A stretch of 64,000 bases of DNA from Terriglobia bacterium. GTDB lineage: Bacteria; Acidobacteriota; Terriglobia; 20CM-2-55-15. Where the stretch lies: contig CBDAOY010000008.1 of NCBI GenBank assembly GCA_965198225.1, forward strand, positions 640,001-704,000, given 5' to 3'. A program made the position numbers and the translations under genes. Position 1 is the first letter of the stretch. Every line of letters begins with the position of its first letter. Below the pieces are notes generated by a model that saw only the letters and a list, made by a program, of their open reading frames with translations, did not search any database and was not told the DNA's origin. This document shows, in pieces, positions 9,392-19,277 of this stretch.

Positions 9392-10383
9392 AGCTGCCCC
9401 GCTTCTTTCGCTCTCCAATAGGAGTGCTCCTGGGGCAGATAGTGAGGTTTCAGGTAGACCCGGCGCGGCTCCAGCGACTGCGCCCCGTCATAGGGGAGAC
9501 AGATCGCCTGGCAGTTCCCCAGCAAGGCGAAGTCTCGCGGGTGAAACACGGCCTCCCGGCGCTCCTGGAACGACTTGGTCGCGCCGATGGTCCCTCCGCC
9601 TCCCCCAGCGCGGCCCGAGAGCGGGGAGACTTCCGCCCGCCTGGAGGTCTCGCTGATCGTGTACGATCCCTTGATCTTCGCCACCTGCCCGCACAACTCC
9701 GACGCAATCCTGGTGGAGGCGTCGTCACTGAGCGACAGGAAGATGCGGGTGCGGAGTGTCTGCAACAGCGAGCGCCACGCTTCCGAGCTCCCCAGGACAG
9801 AGCGAAGAGAGGAAATCGACTGCGTGGCGACAATGGGGATGCAGCGGCATTGGCGGGTCAGGGCAAAGGATTTTTCATCACCCGAGGGGTCGTCCTCCCC
9901 CACCGAAGCGAAGGCCTGATATTCATCGCAGATAAAGACGGCGGGCCGGAAGTAGACGCCCGGCGACTCCTTCATCCGGGCCGGGCGCATGAGAAGCGCC
10001 TGGAGCCAGGCGTTCTTGAGCATCACCCCCACGGCACGGGCCAGCGCCGAATTGATACCGGCGGGCATGTTCAAAGCCAGCACCTTGCCCCCCTCGATCA
10101 GTTCATAGAGTGGGGGCAGATGGCGCACCCACGGCACCCACAGACCGATGACAAGCTTGACGACCTCCCACGGCTGAATGTTCCCGCTGTACACGATCTT
10201 CGCGCCGGTCAACACCACCACGATTGCGGCTAACCCTGTCCACAGCAGGTTTCCGGTCTCCAGCAGAGGGTTGGCCGCCGGACCGATGATTCCCTCCAGA
10301 ACGGTATCGAGAAACGACTTGAAATCCCGAAGCTGCTCCGGGGGGATCTGGGCCGGGATCGCTGGATCGAGTTGGATTTGCAT
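9388..10383 (-). pseudogene. In-frame deletion chimera: TrbL/VirB6-like N-terminus fused to type IV coupling protein C-terminus
   Basis: First ~85 aa membrane segments; remainder has FICDEYQAF, ATQS (VirD4/TraD C-terminal); no Walker A; junction ~10125-10131. Confidence 0.7.
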
Positions 10384-10395
10384 CGGCGTACCGGG

Positions 10396-11313
10396 TTAGT
10401 TTCCGCCGCCATAGAACGGATGAATCTGGAAGAGCAACCCTTCCCGCATCGCATCGCGCCGGGCATCGAGCCCGGCCTGTTGCGCGTCGAAGGTGACGCG
10501 CGCGCGGCGTTGGGCCTCGACCCATTCCGCCAGCGCCTCGCGCCGGGCGATCTCGCGTTCGTAATCTTTCGCCGCCGCCTTCGCCGCCTCGAACGCCATC
10601 AACTGCGCCATGGCAGCGGTGAGATTTCCCTGGGTCACGGTCCCGGCAACCTGCGATTGAGCGAGCGCGGTGTTGGAGGTATTGGTGTTGTTCCGCAGCC
10701 CTTCCCAGGAGGCCACGGCCTCTCGGGCCGCAATCATGAGATTCGCCGCCGCATCGCTCGTGGCGTGATCGAGGACCAGGCGTTTCTCGCCTTCCTCACG
10801 TGCCGCAAGGTAGCCCCGTGCCGCTCTCTGGGCCACGTCGGGCCGCTGGGAGTTGTACAGACCAATGATGTCGCTCTCTGTCACCGTGTCGGCGGCGGTG
10901 AGCCGCCCGCGCCACGATTGGGTAAAGCTGGTGCCGGTTTCGCCCATCTGTTCCACCGAGGACACCAACTCCGCAGCAACGCCGGTAAAATCGTTCTTCC
11001 ACGCGAGACCCGTGCCGATGAACCGCGTCGGTACCGAAGCCAAGTCGGTAAATGGATCGGTGAGCGCCCCGACACCTCCGAGCGCCTGTTCTTGCAGGTG
11101 GGTGAACTGATCCGTCATCTGGGTCAATTGCCCGTCCAGAGTGATCTTCGCCATGGTGTCCTTGTAGATCTGGATCCCCTGATTGGCGATCATCTGGGCG
11201 CGTTGGATGCCCGCAAGGATCGAGCCGAAGAGGGCATGCGCGGGCGTGGTGGCGAGCATGATGAGGACCGGAACCAGGAGCACAACGGTCAAGACTTTCC
11301 GGTACAGTTTCAT
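10396..11313 (-). CDS. TrbJ/VirB5-like secreted T4SS protein
   Basis: Signal peptide ending PAHA, QMIANQGIQI coiled segment, position after VirB10. Confidence 0.6.
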   Translation of the reverse strand: MKLYRKVLTVVLLVPVLIMLATTPAHALFGSILAGIQRAQMIANQGIQIYKDTMAKITLDGQLTQMTDQFTHLQEQALGGVGALTDPFTDLASVPTRFIGTGLAWKNDFTGVAAELVSSVEQMGETGTSFTQSWRGRLTAADTVTESDIIGLYNSQRPDVAQRAARGYLAAREEGEKRLVLDHATSDAAANLMIAAREAVASWEGLRNNTNTSNTALAQSQVAGTVTQGNLTAAMAQLMAFEAAKAAAKDYEREIARREALAEWVEAQRRARVTFDAQQAGLDARRDAMREGLLFQIHPFYGGGN

Positions 11314-11314
11314 T

Positions 11315-12664
11315 TCAATCTCCTTGTTGGGGCCGGGGAACCCGCACGTCGGACGTGAACCAGACGCGAAGCCGATGACCGGCCCGAATGGTGAGGGTGG
11401 GTAAACGATTCAGGAAACGATCCAGGATGCGCGTCGCGGCCTGGCCGAGCCCTTGTCCGGCCCCAGCCTGAAGGCTCTGCTGCCCGCCGCCATAGGGATT
11501 GGAGCCGCTCAAGGTCAGACCGCTCAGGATGCCGACCGCGCCAATGGCGGCGAACGTGGACAGGTAATGGCGGTTGACCTGATCTTTCAAGGCTCCCTCG
11601 CCGACCTGATTGAGGCCGTTGAATTCCAGCGACACCCAATGCCCGTCCGGATAGATCAAACGGTGGAAACTGACGGCAAGGCGCGATTGGTCCTGATTCG
11701 CCACGGCCTGAGCCGTGCCCACGACTCGCGCCCCTCGCGGGACTAAAATCCGCTGCCGGTCTGCCGAGTAAAAGGGCACCGAAACCACGGCCAGCACCGG
11801 GCCGGGAAAGTCGCCGGAAAGCTGTGTGACCAGCGCTGCTTCCAGGAACGAGCCTTCATAGATCCGTTCCCAGCCGGGAGGATCTTCCGGCTCCCCGACC
11901 CGCGCCGGGGAAGAGTAATCGCGCGGTGGCGCCGGCACGCCCGCCGCGCCCGGTGAAGCGACTGCGGGGAACGCCGCTGCCGCCGTCCCGCGAAGTGCTT
12001 CGATAAACGCCTGATCCGCCCGGGCCTCCGCCTCGACTTGATCCTCCAGGCCGGTTGTGACCGTTCCAAGCGTGTCGAGCGCCTGTTCGAGCGCCGCAGT
12101 TCCTTCCGCTCTCATGGCCTCGGCCGGGCTTTCGGTTTCAGTCCCTTGTGGCCTGGCAATCCCTGCCGTCTCGCCTACTTGCCGGTAGGTCTCGGCGAGG
12201 GGCGAACTGCGAAGCGAACGGCTCCGCCGCTCGATCGCTTCCAGGCGCAAGCGTTCGCGGAGTTCCCATTCTTCTTCGGTGTAGGGCTGGCCGGTGTCGG
12301 GACTGGGCCCGACCAGGAGCATCGCTTCATCCACGCTCACCTGTCCCGCACCGATCCCGCCCCCGGTGTCTCCCTGTTGCAGCCGTTGCTGCCCCAACGC
12401 CCGCTCTGCCGCTTGCCGGCGGGTCTCCGCCCGGAGAGCTTCGGCCTCGACCTGCGAAGCCATCCGATCCGCGAAACTCCCCGCCGGTGCCTGCTCTGTT
12501 TCCGATCCCGCCGCAAGCTCCGCTTCCTCACCGCCGCCAAAATAGATGTAGGCGCTCAGAAGCAGGAGGACCAGGATGGTGATAATCCCGACGCCCCATT
12601 GAGTGACAATCCCGCCCGGCAGCGAGCCCGCCGGTTTCGCATAGAGCCGCCGCCACCCGCTCAT
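11315..12664 (-). CDS. TrbI/VirB10 T4SS core protein
   Basis: N-terminal TM, GSFLEAALVTQLSGDFPG, LVPRGARVVG, DQVNRHY, PTLTIRAG. Confidence 0.9.
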   Translation of the reverse strand: MSGWRRLYAKPAGSLPGGIVTQWGVGIITILVLLLLSAYIYFGGGEEAELAAGSETEQAPAGSFADRMASQVEAEALRAETRRQAAERALGQQRLQQGDTGGGIGAGQVSVDEAMLLVGPSPDTGQPYTEEEWELRERLRLEAIERRSRSLRSSPLAETYRQVGETAGIARPQGTETESPAEAMRAEGTAALEQALDTLGTVTTGLEDQVEAEARADQAFIEALRGTAAAAFPAVASPGAAGVPAPPRDYSSPARVGEPEDPPGWERIYEGSFLEAALVTQLSGDFPGPVLAVVSVPFYSADRQRILVPRGARVVGTAQAVANQDQSRLAVSFHRLIYPDGHWVSLEFNGLNQVGEGALKDQVNRHYLSTFAAIGAVGILSGLTLSGSNPYGGGQQSLQAGAGQGLGQAATRILDRFLNRLPTLTIRAGHRLRVWFTSDVRVPRPQQGD

Positions 12665-13503
12665 GGTCCGATCTCCGGCGCGGTGAAGCGCCACCGGACT
12701 CTCTGTTTGCCGATCTGCAACCATCCGTCACCTAAGACGTGCCGGGCGATGTACAGCCCGTCCTCGCCCAGGTCGTAGGCCACGAGCGCCGGTTGGCCGT
12801 CTTTCTCTTCGTACAGTACGGGCGACTCCTGGGCGTTAGAGCGAAGGTAGGTAAAGCGCCCGTCATGCCACATCCCCTCGACCAGGAACGGCCACTTGAA
12901 CGCCTTGTCCTCTAATCGGTAGGAGAACTTGAGGCGGGTGGGATACTCCGCCCGGAACGCCTCGGTTTCTCCCGCCGCAAGCGCCACCGCGTCCGCGATC
13001 CGGGCATCGGCGTCCACCTGAGCGGCCCGGGCCGTCTCGATCGCCGACTCCGCCATTTGCCGGTAGGCCGCGACCTGGCTCCGTGCGACAAAGGCGGGCT
13101 CATGTCCAGCCGGCGAGATGCGCGGGTCGGCGTCCCCCTGCGCCTCGACGCGAACGACGAGGTGCGGATCTCCCTCGCCGCTCTCGGTGACGAGGAACGA
13201 ATAGATCCGCCCGGACGCGCACACGAGCGCGACGTTGGTCGTCACGCCCGCGGCGATGGGCTTGAGGAACGCCAGATTCGCGGCCCCGGTCAGGTGCCAG
13301 TACTCGGAATCGCCCACCACGAAATCCAGCACGGTTTCCGTCGCGGGAAGCACGATGACGGTGGTGTGCCGGGTCCGGGCCCGGATCTGGACGATTTGAT
13401 CCTCGGCTTCGATGATCCGCAACACCGCGTCTCCGTCCTGAGCGATCAACGGCACCGACAGGGTGAGGATCGCCGCCGCCACGAGTGGAATGATTTTCAA
13501 CAT
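12661..13503 (-). CDS. TrbG/VirB9 T4SS core protein
   Basis: Signal peptide, TTVIVLP..VGDSEYW..FLKP, HDGRFTYL. Confidence 0.88.
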   Translation of the reverse strand: MLKIIPLVAAAILTLSVPLIAQDGDAVLRIIEAEDQIVQIRARTRHTTVIVLPATETVLDFVVGDSEYWHLTGAANLAFLKPIAAGVTTNVALVCASGRIYSFLVTESGEGDPHLVVRVEAQGDADPRISPAGHEPAFVARSQVAAYRQMAESAIETARAAQVDADARIADAVALAAGETEAFRAEYPTRLKFSYRLEDKAFKWPFLVEGMWHDGRFTYLRSNAQESPVLYEEKDGQPALVAYDLGEDGLYIARHVLGDGWLQIGKQRVRWRFTAPEIGP

Positions 13504-13506
13504 AAG

Positions 13507-15036
13507 CTACCTCCTCGATAGGTGTTCAATGGCCTCGGTCAGGCCGTATTTCTCCACCGCCTCGGCCCTTTTCTGGGCATCCACGGGCGAGGAGGTATAG
13601 AGCCAATAGCTGGCCGGATCGACTTCAAGGCGCAGGATGCCCGCCGCGTCGGTGCGGCGCAGGTAGAGCTCCCGTTTGGGGATCAAGCCCCGAATGGTGT
13701 TCACTTCCGAAGGGTTGAGGCGGAAGGTCTCGGCGGCTTTCTCCGGCAAGTCCGGGTTGGCGAGAAACAGCTTGGTCGGCATAGATTCCAACAACGCCTC
13801 CGCCCCGGCCGTCCCGGTCACGTCCACGGCGGATTGAGTCGCCATGATTAAAGCCGCGTTCTTCTTGCGCCAGGTCTTCGCGGCTTCCGCGAGATAGGAA
13901 AGCACGGCCGGGTCCTGCAGGTAGCGCCACGCTTCATCGACCACCATGAGTTTCACGCGGGCGGTCTCATCCGGGTTCTCCAAAGCGAGCCGCAAGCGTT
14001 CCAGGAGATAGAACAGCGCCGCTTCGCACAGGTCTTCGTGCTCCGCCGCGCCCGCCAGGTCGATCACCTGCCAGTCCTGGAAGTTGAGGTCGTCTCCGTT
14101 CGCCGGGTTGTCGAAGTATTTCGCCCACGCCCCGTCTCCGTGCCAGCGACCCAGAGCGGGCCACATCTTTGAGGGAAGCGAGCGGACCAACACCCCCAGG
14201 GTCCGCCGTTCGGGGGCGAAGGCGTACAGATCCTCGACACGGGCGCGGATCTCGCTCGGGTCTTCGCCACTGAGGTTCCACCCGCCGATCCTCAAGAGAC
14301 GCGAAATCCAGCCGGTGAGAAACTGGAAGGTCCGCTCCCCCGCCGGGAGCGAGAAGGGGCACAATCGAAAACCCGCGCCCCCGCCACCTTCGGGCGATAG
14401 CTCCATATAGCCTCCGCCGAGAAACTGCGTGAGCCAGCGATAGGAGCCGCCTAGATCGAGGATGAGCACACGCGGATCGTATTGGAGCGCTTGAACCAGT
14501 AGGAAATTGAGGGAGAAACTTTTACCCGCGCCGGTTGCGCCGAGCACCAGCGTATGTCCCACGTCACCCTGAAACAGATCGTAGTGATAAGGGGTGCGCC
14601 ACCGTGTTTCCAGGATCGCCAGCGCCGCCTTTCGCAAGTGGCCGCTTTGGGGTGTCCCCACAGGCGGACCGAAGATCGGAGCCATCGAAGCGACCACGCC
14701 CGCCGATACAAACACGGATCGGACCTGCCGCCGTCGCGGTTGGGCCGGCATCCGCGAGAACCAGGCCGGAAGCTGGCCGTAACCCTCCCGGATCACTTTG
14801 GCGTCATGGCTTGCGAAGATGCGGCGAATATCCCCGTCCAGGCTCTCGGTCTCAGATAACTCGCCGTGGATCGCCACGGTCAGGGCCAAGTCGCCGTAGG
14901 CGATCCCCTCCGACTCCAGCTCGACTAGGGCGTCGCCCAGCCGGTCGGATTCCGCCGCTGCCGCCGTGTCCTCCATCGCTACCGATGTGCCCTCGGTCTC
15001 CTGAACGTGCGCGGCCATCGAATAACGTTTCGAGAA
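13507..15036 (-). pseudogene. VirB4/TrbE ATPase, 5'-truncated
   Basis: GHTLVLGATGAGKS, VVDEAW, MATQS; only ~505 aa, N-terminal part replaced by relaxase copy 2. Confidence 0.85.
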
Positions 15037-15469
15037 GCTCCCCGTGTTTCACGAGCCCGCTCCATGCCTTCTGCTCCGGGTCGAGTCCTTGTTCGCGGGC
15101 GATCCCCTCCGCGCGCTCCACTCCGCGCCCGGTGAGCGTGAGCACCTTCCAGGTGCCGCCTTGCGGTCCACGGGCGGTATGCTCCCGGACGTGTCCGGCG
15201 CGAACCATGCGGTCCACGGCCCTTCTCGCCGCGTAGGGGTGCCCATCGAAATGCGCTTCGGCCAGGTCGCGGGTGGCGACACTGCGATACATCCCGACGT
15301 CCGCTACGGCCCGCCTCACACGCCCCTCGAAAGTCTGATGCTCCGTGCGCGGATCGTACTCGCGCCGGTGGCCGCGCTGCCGCCGCTGTTCTCGCTCGAC
15401 GCCAAGGTCGCGCCTGGGGCGGGTGATGGTCCTGCGGGGGTCGGGGGTGAAGTCTCGCGGATCGAACAC
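15037..15469 (-). pseudogene. Relaxase copy 2, 3'-truncated
   Basis: RAVADVGMYRSVATRDLAEAHFDGHPY..KVLTLTGRG..SGLV aligns with 6295-7179, then breaks off before the HD motif. Confidence 0.85.
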
Positions 15470-15478
15470 GGTCCTTCC

Positions 15479-16564
15479 TTACCGGCCTGGCCCCATGTCT
15501 CGTTGCTGTTGTTGCGCGGGCTGTTCGGTGGGTTGCTTCGGGGCATGGCCAATCTGTGGGCCGCGAGCGTGAGAATATTGTCGGGTCCACTCCGCCGCCG
15601 TCTTCTCCTTGACCGGCGCTTCAACCTCGCGCTCGATCGCACGATCCATAAGGTAGTTGCTCATCTTTTGCGCGTCCCGCGCCGCTCTGTGAATCTCATG
15701 CGGGTCTTTTTCCAGGACTTCGACCCAACCCTTCACATAGGCGGCTCCGCGCTGCGGGTCATGCCCCACACCGATGCGCTCCCCCGTCATCATGGCGCTG
15801 ATCTCCGCCCGCAATTCCTCGCGGGCATACTCCGGCGATCCGAAGCCTTTCTCCAGGCCCTCTTTGAGCCTGTCCCGGTTCATTCGATCCGGGTGGCCGG
15901 TCGAGTGGCCGCATTCATGCAGCGCCGTCTGGTAGTAGCCGTTCCGGGTGGGGAACTGACTCGGTTCCGGGAGCACCACCTTGTCCTCGGCCATCCGGTA
16001 GTAGGCGCGGTCTCCGGCAACATGCTGCACGGTCGGCCCGGCCGCCTCGATCACCTTCTCCGCATCGCGGTGGGCGTCCCATGCGGGCCGTGCTTGTCGA
16101 GAGCGCGGCTTCAACTCCAATCCATCGGCCTGCTCGACATTGAACACCGTGTACTGCTTACAGATGGGATGGGAACGCTGCTCTTCTTCGTAGATCGTCT
16201 TGCCGTCCTTGTCCTTGAGCACCTTGCCTTGCTCGTCCTTCAAAGCCCTCTCCGTCCGGTCCTTGAAAAACAAGACCCTCGTCCCTTTCTCGCCTTTGCG
16301 AACCTGTCCCCCCGCCGCCTGGATCTGGTTGTAGGTGCCCCAACGGTTGTCGCCCCGTCCGTCGCGAATCGCCCGGCTCATGAGATAAAGGCTGTTGCCG
16401 CCCGTGTACTTCTGGCCGGTCGAGAAGTTCTCGGCGCTGATCGCCTCCCCCGGCTTCCACGGCTTCTGCCAGGGCGCAACTCCCGCCTTGATCTGTTCGA
16501 TGATCTCCCCGCTCACTTTCTTCGCGTAGTCCTCGCTACGCTGCCAGAACGTCTTTTTCTCCAT
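15479..16564 (-). CDS. ardC: ArdC-family protein (copy 2)
   Basis: PWQKPW, GGQVRKGEKG, HECGHSTGHPDRMNR, EELRAEISAMM; paralog of copy 1. Confidence 0.92.
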   Translation of the reverse strand: MEKKTFWQRSEDYAKKVSGEIIEQIKAGVAPWQKPWKPGEAISAENFSTGQKYTGGNSLYLMSRAIRDGRGDNRWGTYNQIQAAGGQVRKGEKGTRVLFFKDRTERALKDEQGKVLKDKDGKTIYEEEQRSHPICKQYTVFNVEQADGLELKPRSRQARPAWDAHRDAEKVIEAAGPTVQHVAGDRAYYRMAEDKVVLPEPSQFPTRNGYYQTALHECGHSTGHPDRMNRDRLKEGLEKGFGSPEYAREELRAEISAMMTGERIGVGHDPQRGAAYVKGWVEVLEKDPHEIHRAARDAQKMSNYLMDRAIEREVEAPVKEKTAAEWTRQYSHARGPQIGHAPKQPTEQPAQQQQRDMGPGR

Positions 16565-16613
16565 GCGCCCCCTCCGTTTCTCTAGTCATGCCGGTCGTGC
16601 CTGGCGGCGTTAA

Positions 16614-17129
16614 TCAGTTGAACTTGATGCCATAGGGCGGATCTAGGTAGATGCACTGGACCTTGCCGCGCAGGCCCTCGCGCTCGGCCAGACTGGCCAT
16701 GCTCTGGAGGGAGTCGCCGAGGATCATGCGATTGGACCAGTTCTGGTCGTGCTGGTAAAACTCGGTCCTATCCGCGCCCTCGGGAATGCCGTTGAAGTCA
16801 GCAAAGAGGTCAGCCTGGAAACTCGAGTCTTGTGACGTGGCGTTTTTAGTTTGTTTTAGAAGGTCATCGACCAGTACCTTCGGATGAACCTTTTCCTGAA
16901 TGTAGAGCGGCGAAGCGTAGACAACGAGATCACTCCAGTCTTGTTCATCCTTTCCACCCCAAACGAGCTGGGGATCGAGATCGGTGTTGCGGGGATACTT
17001 CACCGGTCGTGGATTGGCATCGTCTGGTCGGAGCACGGACTGATGTTCAGCGGAGGGGATGTTCCTCCGCTTGGCTTCGTCGTGCGTGATCGTTTCGACG
17101 GCCTTGCGAGTATTGCGCTTCTTGGCCAT
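16614..17129 (-). pseudogene. mod: Type III RM methyltransferase (Mod), truncated just after the catalytic motif
   Basis: NRMILGDSL, GKVQCIYLDPPYGIKFN then stop; only 171 aa. Confidence 0.88.
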
Positions 17130-17740
17130 AGCTAACTGCCCTCAGTCACCGGTCGTACGGTCACGGTGGAGACCATCTTGTCGAACTTACCTCCGACCTT
17201 CGCGGCAAAGTCGCTCTCGATCTCGTAAACCTCGATGAACTCAGCGAAGGCCCAGCGTCCATACGTCTTGAGATTATTCACGCCGGGCACCCAGTAGGTA
17301 TCCATCGTCAACTTCTTTTCCTTCGCGTCCTCGCGCCGGTAGCCCTTGATCTCGACGACGAGGTGCAGCAGGTCGTCGGGGCCGGAGCCGTCGTCCACCA
17401 AGACGATGAAGTCGGGCAGATACTTCCGGACCTCGGAGCCGTAGCGATAAGGAACTTCAAGACCCAAATTGTGGTTCTTCGTGTAGGCCACGACCTTCGG
17501 ATGCGACTCGGCGACGCGGCAGAACTCGGCTTCCCAGCCGCTGTCGAGCACCACCCAGTTGATGTGATTCTTGGGCGGCGGACCACTGGTGTCCCAGCGG
17601 TCCGCTCGGGAGGTGTTGAATCTGACGTGGGCCGTGGAGCCAGTGGAATTGTAGGGGTCAAGCAGCGCCTTGATGGGGCGGTGGTCTGCCAGCGCGTTGG
17701 TAATGCCGGCAGTGATGCGGTTGCATGCGATGTCGGCTAG

Positions 17741-19277
17741 GAGTCTGCGCGGCAGAAGGACCGGAATTGGGCGGATAAAGATCGAAGATATGTCATGGCA
17801 CGAACCTATCGGACTTATAGCCCAGAACAAACACTGCTGATGCCACCGTCGTTGAGAGATTGGTTGGCCGAAGATCACCTGTCGTACTTCATATCGGACG
17901 CGGTGGACGCGATGGATTTGAGCGCGTTCGAACAGCGGTATGGAACCGAGGGTCCGGGCAATCAGGCGTTTGATCCGCGGATGATGGTGAAGGTGCTGAT
18001 TTATGGGTACGCGACCGGAGTGTTCTCGTCCAGGAAGATCGCGGCGAAGTTGACCGACGACGTAGCGTTCCGGATGTTGGGAGCGGAGAACTTTCCGGCG
18101 CACCGAACGATCTCGGATTTTCGCAAACTGCATCTTGAGGAGTTCGGAAACCTGTTTGTGCAAGTGGTGATGATGGCGCGGGAAGCGGGACTGGTGAAGA
18201 TGGGAACCGTGGCGGTGGACGGGACCAAGATGCGGGCGAATGCAAGCAAACGCAAAGCGATGAGCTACGAACGCATGAAAAAGCAGGAGACCGAATTGGG
18301 TGAACAGATTCGGGATCTGTTGAACCGGGCCGAGGCGACCGATGAGGACGAAGACGAGCGATACGGCAAGGACCGGCGCGGAGACGAACTGCCCGACGGG
18401 TTGGCCACGCGCAAGAAGCGCCTGGCCACGATACAGGCGGCCATGAAGCGGCTCGAAGAACGTCAGATGGCCGCGGACAAGGAAGCGGGACGGAACACCA
18501 AAGATCACAAACCCGGATGCGGAAAGAAGCCATTCAAACGTCCCATGGGGGAACCTAAACCCACGGCCCAGGACAACTTCACCGACCCGGAAAGCCGGAT
18601 GATGAAGACCTCCACCGAAGGGTTCCAGCAATGCTACAACGCGCAAGCGGTGGTGGATTCCCAGGCCCGGATCATCGTGGCAACAACGGTGACTGACAAT
18701 GCATCGGATGTGGGGCAGTTGGAACCCACGCTGGATGCGTTGAGCGACAATCTGGGGGAGCGTCCCGACCGCGTGCTGGCCGATGCGGGATATCGATCCG
18801 AGTCAAATCTGGGGATGTTGGAACAACGTCAGATTGACGGGTATGTTGCGATGGGTCGCGAGAAGGATCTCGCCCGTGCCCCACTCCCACCCAAAGACAC
18901 CGCTGTTGGTCGGATGATGAGAAAGATGAAAACCAAGCGTGGGCGTGACCGCTACCGGGCCCGAAAGCACATTGGTGAGCCGCCCTTCGGGTGGATCAAG
19001 TCGGTGCTCGGATTCCGACAGTTCAGTCTACGCGGTTTGGACAAAGTGACCGGGGAGTGGAATCTGGTCACTCTGGCGGTGAACTTACGACGGATGAACG
19101 GGAAGATCGAATGGGCATAATCCGGAAAACCGCAACCCGGCAGACCCGATACACGGCCAATTACGGGTGTCCGTACAACTCTGAACTCGTCGTATCGGAA
19201 GAATCGGTCGATTCTCCTCCGAAGACCCTCTCAAATCCCAATCAGTCCGAGTTCTTTGCGCTCTGCCGCGCAGACTC
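17741..19277 (+). mobile_element. IS1182-family element
   Basis: 16-bp perfect IR gagtctgcgcggcaga, CTAG duplication at 17737-40 and 19278-81. Confidence 0.93.
17795..19120 (+). CDS. IS1182-family DDE transposase
   Basis: PPSLRDWL, VAVDGTKMRANAS, NFTDPESR, LADAGY, EPPFGWIK. Confidence 0.95.
   Translation: MARTYRTYSPEQTLLMPPSLRDWLAEDHLSYFISDAVDAMDLSAFEQRYGTEGPGNQAFDPRMMVKVLIYGYATGVFSSRKIAAKLTDDVAFRMLGAENFPAHRTISDFRKLHLEEFGNLFVQVVMMAREAGLVKMGTVAVDGTKMRANASKRKAMSYERMKKQETELGEQIRDLLNRAEATDEDEDERYGKDRRGDELPDGLATRKKRLATIQAAMKRLEERQMAADKEAGRNTKDHKPGCGKKPFKRPMGEPKPTAQDNFTDPESRMMKTSTEGFQQCYNAQAVVDSQARIIVATTVTDNASDVGQLEPTLDALSDNLGERPDRVLADAGYRSESNLGMLEQRQIDGYVAMGREKDLARAPLPPKDTAVGRMMRKMKTKRGRDRYRARKHIGEPPFGWIKSVLGFRQFSLRGLDKVTGEWNLVTLAVNLRRMNGKIEWA

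Noticed and set aside
5900-16613. oriT
   Set aside because: No convincing nic or inverted-repeat structure in the short intergenic gaps; it may have been deleted.
17132-18646. 504-aa ORF as a single gene
   Set aside because: Artefact of antisense IS1182 sequence running in frame into the Res C-terminus.
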